DNA of 64,000 nucleotides from Dehalococcoidia bacterium (lineage in GTDB: Bacteria > Chloroflexota > Dehalococcoidia > Lucifugimonadales > Australimonadaceae), in contig CAUZHS010000003.1 in the NCBI GenBank assembly GCA_963579845.1, positions 763 to 64,762 on the forward strand. Direction: 5' to 3'. Positions 60,024-64,000 of the stretch are shown one piece after another (position 1 is the first letter of the stretch; each line of letters starts with the position of its first letter). Under the pieces are notes generated by a model that had not been told where the DNA came from, ran no database searches, and saw only the letters and a program-made list of their open reading frames with translations. The translations under genes and the position numbers were made by a program.

Positions 60024-60905
60024 CTACGTCGAGGGGTTAGGGGTTGTGTCCAGGCTGATGTCCAGGGCCTTGACCGAATGGGTTATGGCGCCGGTGGAGA
60101 CGAGGTCCACGCCTGTTTCGGCGATGGCCCGCACAGTCTCCAGCGTTACCCCTCCCGATGCCTCGGTCAGGGCGCGCCCCTTGCACAGCTTCACCGCCTG
60201 GCGCATGGTCTCGATGTCCATGTTGTCCAACAGCAGAATGTCGGGGTCACCGTCCAACGCCTCCCGCAGCTGTTCCAGGCTCTCCACTTCCACTTCGATG
60301 CGTATCATGTGGGGCGCTTGGGCCCTGGCCCTGTGTATCAGGTCGGTGAGGCCCACGCCCAAGGTGCCCATGGCGACGATGTGGTTGTCTTTGATGAGCA
60401 CTCCGTCGGAAAGGTTCATCCGGTGGTTATGACCGCCGCCCGTACGCACAGCGTATTTATCCAGCAGCCGCCATCCGGGCAGGGTCTTACGCGTGTCAAT
60501 GATCGTGGTGTTCAGGTCTGCGACGGCCTGGACGAAGGAGTTGGTGGCGGTGGCGATGCCGCTCATGCGCTGGACGAAGTTCAAGGCGGTGCGCTCGGCC
60601 CGGAGTATGCCCTGGATACGACCTTCAATCACCGCCAATTCCTCGCTCGGCTCCACGCGTTCGCCGTCGGGTACCAGGGTTTCGTAGTGGACCGACGAGT
60701 CCATTTGGCGGAAGACTTCCAAGGCCACGTCTATGCCTGCCACCACGCCTGGCTCCTTGGCCACCATGACGGAGCGTCCGGTAAGGTGGGATGGCAGCAA
60801 CGCCGTGGTGGGGTCGGCCATGGCGGCGTCCTCGGCCAGAGCGCGCTGGATAAGATCAATGGTGCCGTGCCATTGGTGCAGCATGTCGCGGAGAATATCA
60901 CACAA
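60024..60905 (-). CDS. nadC: Nicotinate-nucleotide (quinolinate) phosphoribosyltransferase
   Basis: ...ALAEDAAMADPTT..., RTALNFVQRMSGIAT, DTRKTLPG, IKDNH, LLDNM, EASGG. TTG start at 60905 lies 5 nt after AGAGGA (ATG 60884 is possible). Confidence 0.9.
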   Translation of the reverse strand: MCDILRDMLHQWHGTIDLIQRALAEDAAMADPTTALLPSHLTGRSVMVAKEPGVVAGIDVALEVFRQMDSSVHYETLVPDGERVEPSEELAVIEGRIQGILRAERTALNFVQRMSGIATATNSFVQAVADLNTTIIDTRKTLPGWRLLDKYAVRTGGGHNHRMNLSDGVLIKDNHIVAMGTLGVGLTDLIHRARAQAPHMIRIEVEVESLEQLREALDGDPDILLLDNMDIETMRQAVKLCKGRALTEASGGVTLETVRAIAETGVDLVSTGAITHSVKALDISLDTTPNPST

Positions 60906-61014
60906 AGGTGTCCTCTTGACCCATAACTAGGGAACGCGGCAGTGGGCTTAGCCGAGGAGTGCTTACCGTGGCGTCCGAGCCCCCCCCGCAATCGGGTGAA
61001 GGGCGTGCTCTTGT

Positions 61015-61038
61015 GCGTGATAGCCTGCGTGATAGCCT
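61015..61038. repeat. Perfect 12-bp tandem direct repeat (gcgtgatagcct x2) in the nadC/MFS divergent intergenic region
   Basis: Read directly: gcgtgatagcct at 61015-61026 and again at 61027-61038, 34 nt upstream of ATG 61072. Confidence 0.9.
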
Positions 61039-61071
61039 TATGGCTTCGCATCTAGTTTTCATGAGCACTGT

Positions 61072-62358
61072 ATGAACCCCATCTCACGTTGGTTTCTGCG
61101 CAGGCGTATCTACTACGGCTGGATAGTCGTGGGGGCGGCGGGGGGGGCCATGTTTGGCACTGAGGTCATGGCCGTATCAGCCTTCAGTGTCTTTGTCCAG
61201 CCGTGGAGCGAGGAGTTTGGGTGGAGCCGCAGCGCCATATCCGCTGGCGCCAGCTTCGGTACTGTTATGGCCGCGCTGGTAGCGCCCTTCGCGGGGCGGT
61301 GGACCGACCGCTATGGGGCACGGCGCATTCTCACGGGTGCGGTGCTCCTAATTGCCCTGGCCTTGGCCGGATTGGGCTTCTTGCAAAGCCTGCTCATGTT
61401 CTTCATCTTTTACGCCCTGGGCCGGTCCATAATGATGGGTGCTTCGGGACTCTCCGGGACTACGGCCATCGCCAACTGGTTCGACCGACGGCGCGCTCTG
61501 GCCATGGCTATGGCCATCACGGGTCAACGCATCGGCACGGGGTTTTGGCCGGTCTTGGCATCGGCCCTCTTCTTGGTCGTCGGCTGGCGCGGCGCTCTGT
61601 GGGTCATGGCGGCCATGGTGGCATCGTTGAGCCTGCTGCCTGTCCTCCTCATCATCGGACGCCGCCCTGAGGAGGTGGGACTCTCCATGGAGGGCAGGCC
61701 CGTTGCTTCCACCGAGGTTCCAGTCGGGGTAGTGGGCGGCGCTCCGGCTGAGGTGGCATGGACGGTACGGGAGGCGGTACGGACTCGGTCCCTCTGGTTT
61801 CTCCTGGGCGCGAACATGGCTATGGCCACAGCGGGGGGCGGCCTTGGACTCCACCGGGTGCCCTACTTTCAGGAACGGGGACTGGACGTTGCCCAAGGCG
61901 GACTTCTGGTTGCTGCCTTCGCGATGGGCATGGCCCTGGGCGGGTTCTTTGCGGCTATTCTGGCTTCGTGGATACCCCACCGCTACGTGCTAGCACTTTT
62001 GTTGGCCTCGGGCGTCGGGATGATGGCCGTGCTCATCAACGTTCCGGTGAACGCGTTGGCCTTCGTCTATGTGGCGGGTGAGGGGATGATGATGGGTGGT
62101 TTCTTCACCATTGCGCCCGTGACTTATGCCGTCTACTTTGGACGCCGTTCCCTGGGCTCCATTCGCGGGCTGGTCCAGCCGGGGGTGGTGGCGGCGAACG
62201 CTGCGGGACTGCTCTTTGCAGGAGTGGTCTACGACTTGGCAGGCGGACGCTACCAGCCAGCCTTTGCGGCCTTCGCGGTACTGTTCGCGTTGGGTGCGGT
62301 GTTGGCGCTCTTGGCCGTACCGCCGCGGAAAAATGAGACGGTGGTTGAGGCTGCGTAG
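61072..62358 (+). CDS. MFS transporter
   Basis: About 12 TM segments and a GRWTDRYGARR loop motif between TM2 and TM3. Confidence 0.85.
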   Translation: MNPISRWFLRRRIYYGWIVVGAAGGAMFGTEVMAVSAFSVFVQPWSEEFGWSRSAISAGASFGTVMAALVAPFAGRWTDRYGARRILTGAVLLIALALAGLGFLQSLLMFFIFYALGRSIMMGASGLSGTTAIANWFDRRRALAMAMAITGQRIGTGFWPVLASALFLVVGWRGALWVMAAMVASLSLLPVLLIIGRRPEEVGLSMEGRPVASTEVPVGVVGGAPAEVAWTVREAVRTRSLWFLLGANMAMATAGGGLGLHRVPYFQERGLDVAQGGLLVAAFAMGMALGGFFAAILASWIPHRYVLALLLASGVGMMAVLINVPVNALAFVYVAGEGMMMGGFFTIAPVTYAVYFGRRSLGSIRGLVQPGVVAANAAGLLFAGVVYDLAGGRYQPAFAAFAVLFALGAVLALLAVPPRKNETVVEAA

Positions 62359-62550
62359 GGTCAGGGGTCGATTAAGCGCACCTCCGGTTTCCTGGTTGGG
62401 GGTCAAGGGCACGCCTTGTGGGTGTGCAAGGGGATCCCTATCTCTCTTCCCCTTCGAAACCGGAGATTGGGCTGCCTTTGGTAAAAGAGGCGTCAGGCCG
62501 ATGCTTCGAGGATACCAATCCACCAAGGAAAGCGCACTTCGGGGAGGCCG

Positions 62551-63948
62551 TTAGCTCCGCCCTGCTTCTTCGGGCCTGACCATCAGGCCGATGAGGGCGC
62601 TGAGTCCGGCCGCTTCATCCAAAGTCCACACTGCGTTGAGCAAACCCTCCGCCTGTTCACGGGGAAGGATTGCGGACGCCAGGGCGCTGAACTTGTCCTC
62701 GAGCGCGGCATCCGTCATGGGGTTGGATGGCGAGCCGGTGGCGTGCTCCACGCGGGTTTCCACTGTGCGGCCGCCGCCCAGCGTGAGGGTGACCGAAACT
62801 TCGTCTTCCTCTATGGACGGGTCGGCGCTGGCTGAGACCTTTGAGCGCACCATGGCAATTATGGGGTCGTTGACGCGCTCGTCGGTGAATTGGGCTGGAT
62901 GACCAGCCCCGTCCACCAAGGCGGCGGCGGCACAGTGCTGGAAGGAGAATTTGGCCTCCAGGCCCGTGGTGGGAGCGGGCCGGTTCATGAGCTCCAGTAC
63001 CAAGGGGTGGACCCGGGCAGTGATGCTGCTGACTTGATCCGGGGTGATCCCGTGGATATTACGCAAGGAAATGATGGCGTCCTGGATGGGGTGGGACACC
63101 ACGCCGTTGGCGTAGGGTTTTAGCCCGTTACGCTCCAGCTCCCACCTCTGGCCAAGTCCTTCGAGCAGCGCGGGCTTGCTGTGTCCTCCGGGGGAGAGGA
63201 CGGCCCAGAAGCCGCGTCGTCCCTCGATAATCTGCTCCGGGCCGGTGAAGCCATCCTGGGCTAGGAGAGCGGCCTGGAGACCGTTGCTGGCCGCCTTGGC
63301 TGGGTGGAGGGCCTTGGTATGGCTGCCGAACGCCTCGCGCACGCCGCTGGCCTGAGTACCCGCCACTCCTAGGGCGTGGACCATTTGCGCCGCCGTTAGC
63401 CCCAGAACCTTGCCCGCCCCTGCGGCGGCGCCGAAGGCTCCGGCGGTGCCGGTGATATGCCAGCCTTGGTCGTAGTGCCAGGGGTGTACTGACGTAGCGA
63501 CGCGGCAGGCCACTTCGGCGCCCAGAACGAAGGCCGTTAGGGTTTCCCGTCCGGAGAGTCCCCGCTGCTCTGCTAGGGCTAGTACCGCTGGCCAGACTGG
63601 AGCGCTGGGGTGGAGCACCGTGGGGAAGTGCGTGTCATCGTAGTCGTAGAGGTGGGCAAGGTAGCCGTTCAGGAGCGCAGCGCTGGCCGGAGAGGTTCGC
63701 AGGCCGCGGCCGATGACCGTGGCCCCGGGTGCCGATCCCTCGGCCTCGATACGTCGAGCGAGGATTGCAGAGGGCTCGTCGAAGGCGGCAGCCAGGGAGA
63801 CTGCCATGAGGTTGATAAGTGTGCGCTTGGCCTGGTGGACAATCTTGTCGGGGATGTCCGAGTCCTGCACTCCTGTGATGAACTCAGCGATGGTCAGAGT
63901 GCTCCCTGGGCCCACAAATTTTGGTCCGGTGTCGGGCTCAAGCGACAT
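62551..63948 (-). CDS. MmgE/PrpD family protein (2-methylcitrate dehydratase-like)
   Basis: ...YDYDDTHFPTVLHPSAPVWPAVLALAE...HPAKAASNGLQAALLA...; typical PrpD length of 465 aa. Confidence 0.9.
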   Translation of the reverse strand: MSLEPDTGPKFVGPGSTLTIAEFITGVQDSDIPDKIVHQAKRTLINLMAVSLAAAFDEPSAILARRIEAEGSAPGATVIGRGLRTSPASAALLNGYLAHLYDYDDTHFPTVLHPSAPVWPAVLALAEQRGLSGRETLTAFVLGAEVACRVATSVHPWHYDQGWHITGTAGAFGAAAGAGKVLGLTAAQMVHALGVAGTQASGVREAFGSHTKALHPAKAASNGLQAALLAQDGFTGPEQIIEGRRGFWAVLSPGGHSKPALLEGLGQRWELERNGLKPYANGVVSHPIQDAIISLRNIHGITPDQVSSITARVHPLVLELMNRPAPTTGLEAKFSFQHCAAAALVDGAGHPAQFTDERVNDPIIAMVRSKVSASADPSIEEDEVSVTLTLGGGRTVETRVEHATGSPSNPMTDAALEDKFSALASAILPREQAEGLLNAVWTLDEAAGLSALIGLMVRPEEAGRS

Positions 63949-64000
63949 GAGGTGATCTCGTCGTACCGGCCCCTGAAATCGGGTTAAAGGCGCGTCCTTG

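Noticed and set aside
1-64000. Searched for CRISPR arrays, IS or transposase genes, integrase genes, prophage genes, and tRNA, rRNA, tmRNA, RNase P and SRP RNA
   Set aside because: No regularly spaced repeats, no DDE or tyrosine-recombinase-like ORFs, and no T-arm GGTTCGAATCC-type strings outside coding sequence were seen by eye. Covariance-model scans (tRNAscan-SE, Infernal) would be needed to be certain about the RNAs.

Overview
High-GC bacterial chromosomal segment, densely packed with housekeeping genes. No rRNA, tRNA, CRISPR array, transposase or integrase was seen. All calls were made by eye from the sequence and the supplied ORF translations; no searches or folding were run.

The gene content and organisation suggest a Chloroflexota-like organism, which is inference only. 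The supporting traits are a nuo operon without nuoEFG, a translin homologue, a membrane H+-PPase, an LLM (probably F420-type) oxidoreductase, a Rieske oxygenase, MmgE/PrpD, a DnaD/DnaI-type loader, a T-box on leuS, and many leaderless-looking starts.

Gene order, left to right:
- dnaA (open at the left edge), fmt, L25/Ctc
- MoeB/ThiF-like E1 plus Mtb-type CysM, an atypical OmpR-type regulator, a DUF1461 membrane protein, mazG
- dnaG-rpoD, a membrane protein, ffh, mnmA, rnhB, thiE
- nuoN-M-L-[DUF2007]-K-J-I-H-D-C-B on the minus strand
- a translin-family gene, hppA, dcd, ribD-ribE-ribBA-ribH, yqeY, purQ-purL
- rplI-dnaB-DnaD-like-loader-HIT
- Leu T-box plus leuS, sbcC without sbcD, etfBA
- two unknowns, one of them a membrane-anchored HExxH protein, then a TM0106-type RecB-like nuclease
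- LLM oxidoreductase plus Rieske alpha subunit, lspA-rluD, ltaE, fmdB-like, dtd, nadC, an MFS transporter, MmgE/PrpD

Most noteworthy observations:
1. The helicase loader is built from two tandem DnaC/DnaI AAA+ modules behind a zinc ribbon.
2. A DUF2007 gene sits inside a nuo operon that lacks nuoA/E/F/G.
3. Extended -10 elements lie exactly 6 nt from ATG at several genes, implying leaderless mRNAs.
4. The RecB-like nuclease has its conserved N-terminal Cys upstream of any canonical start codon.
5. The Leu T-box is separated from leuS by an unexplained spacer of about 265 nt.
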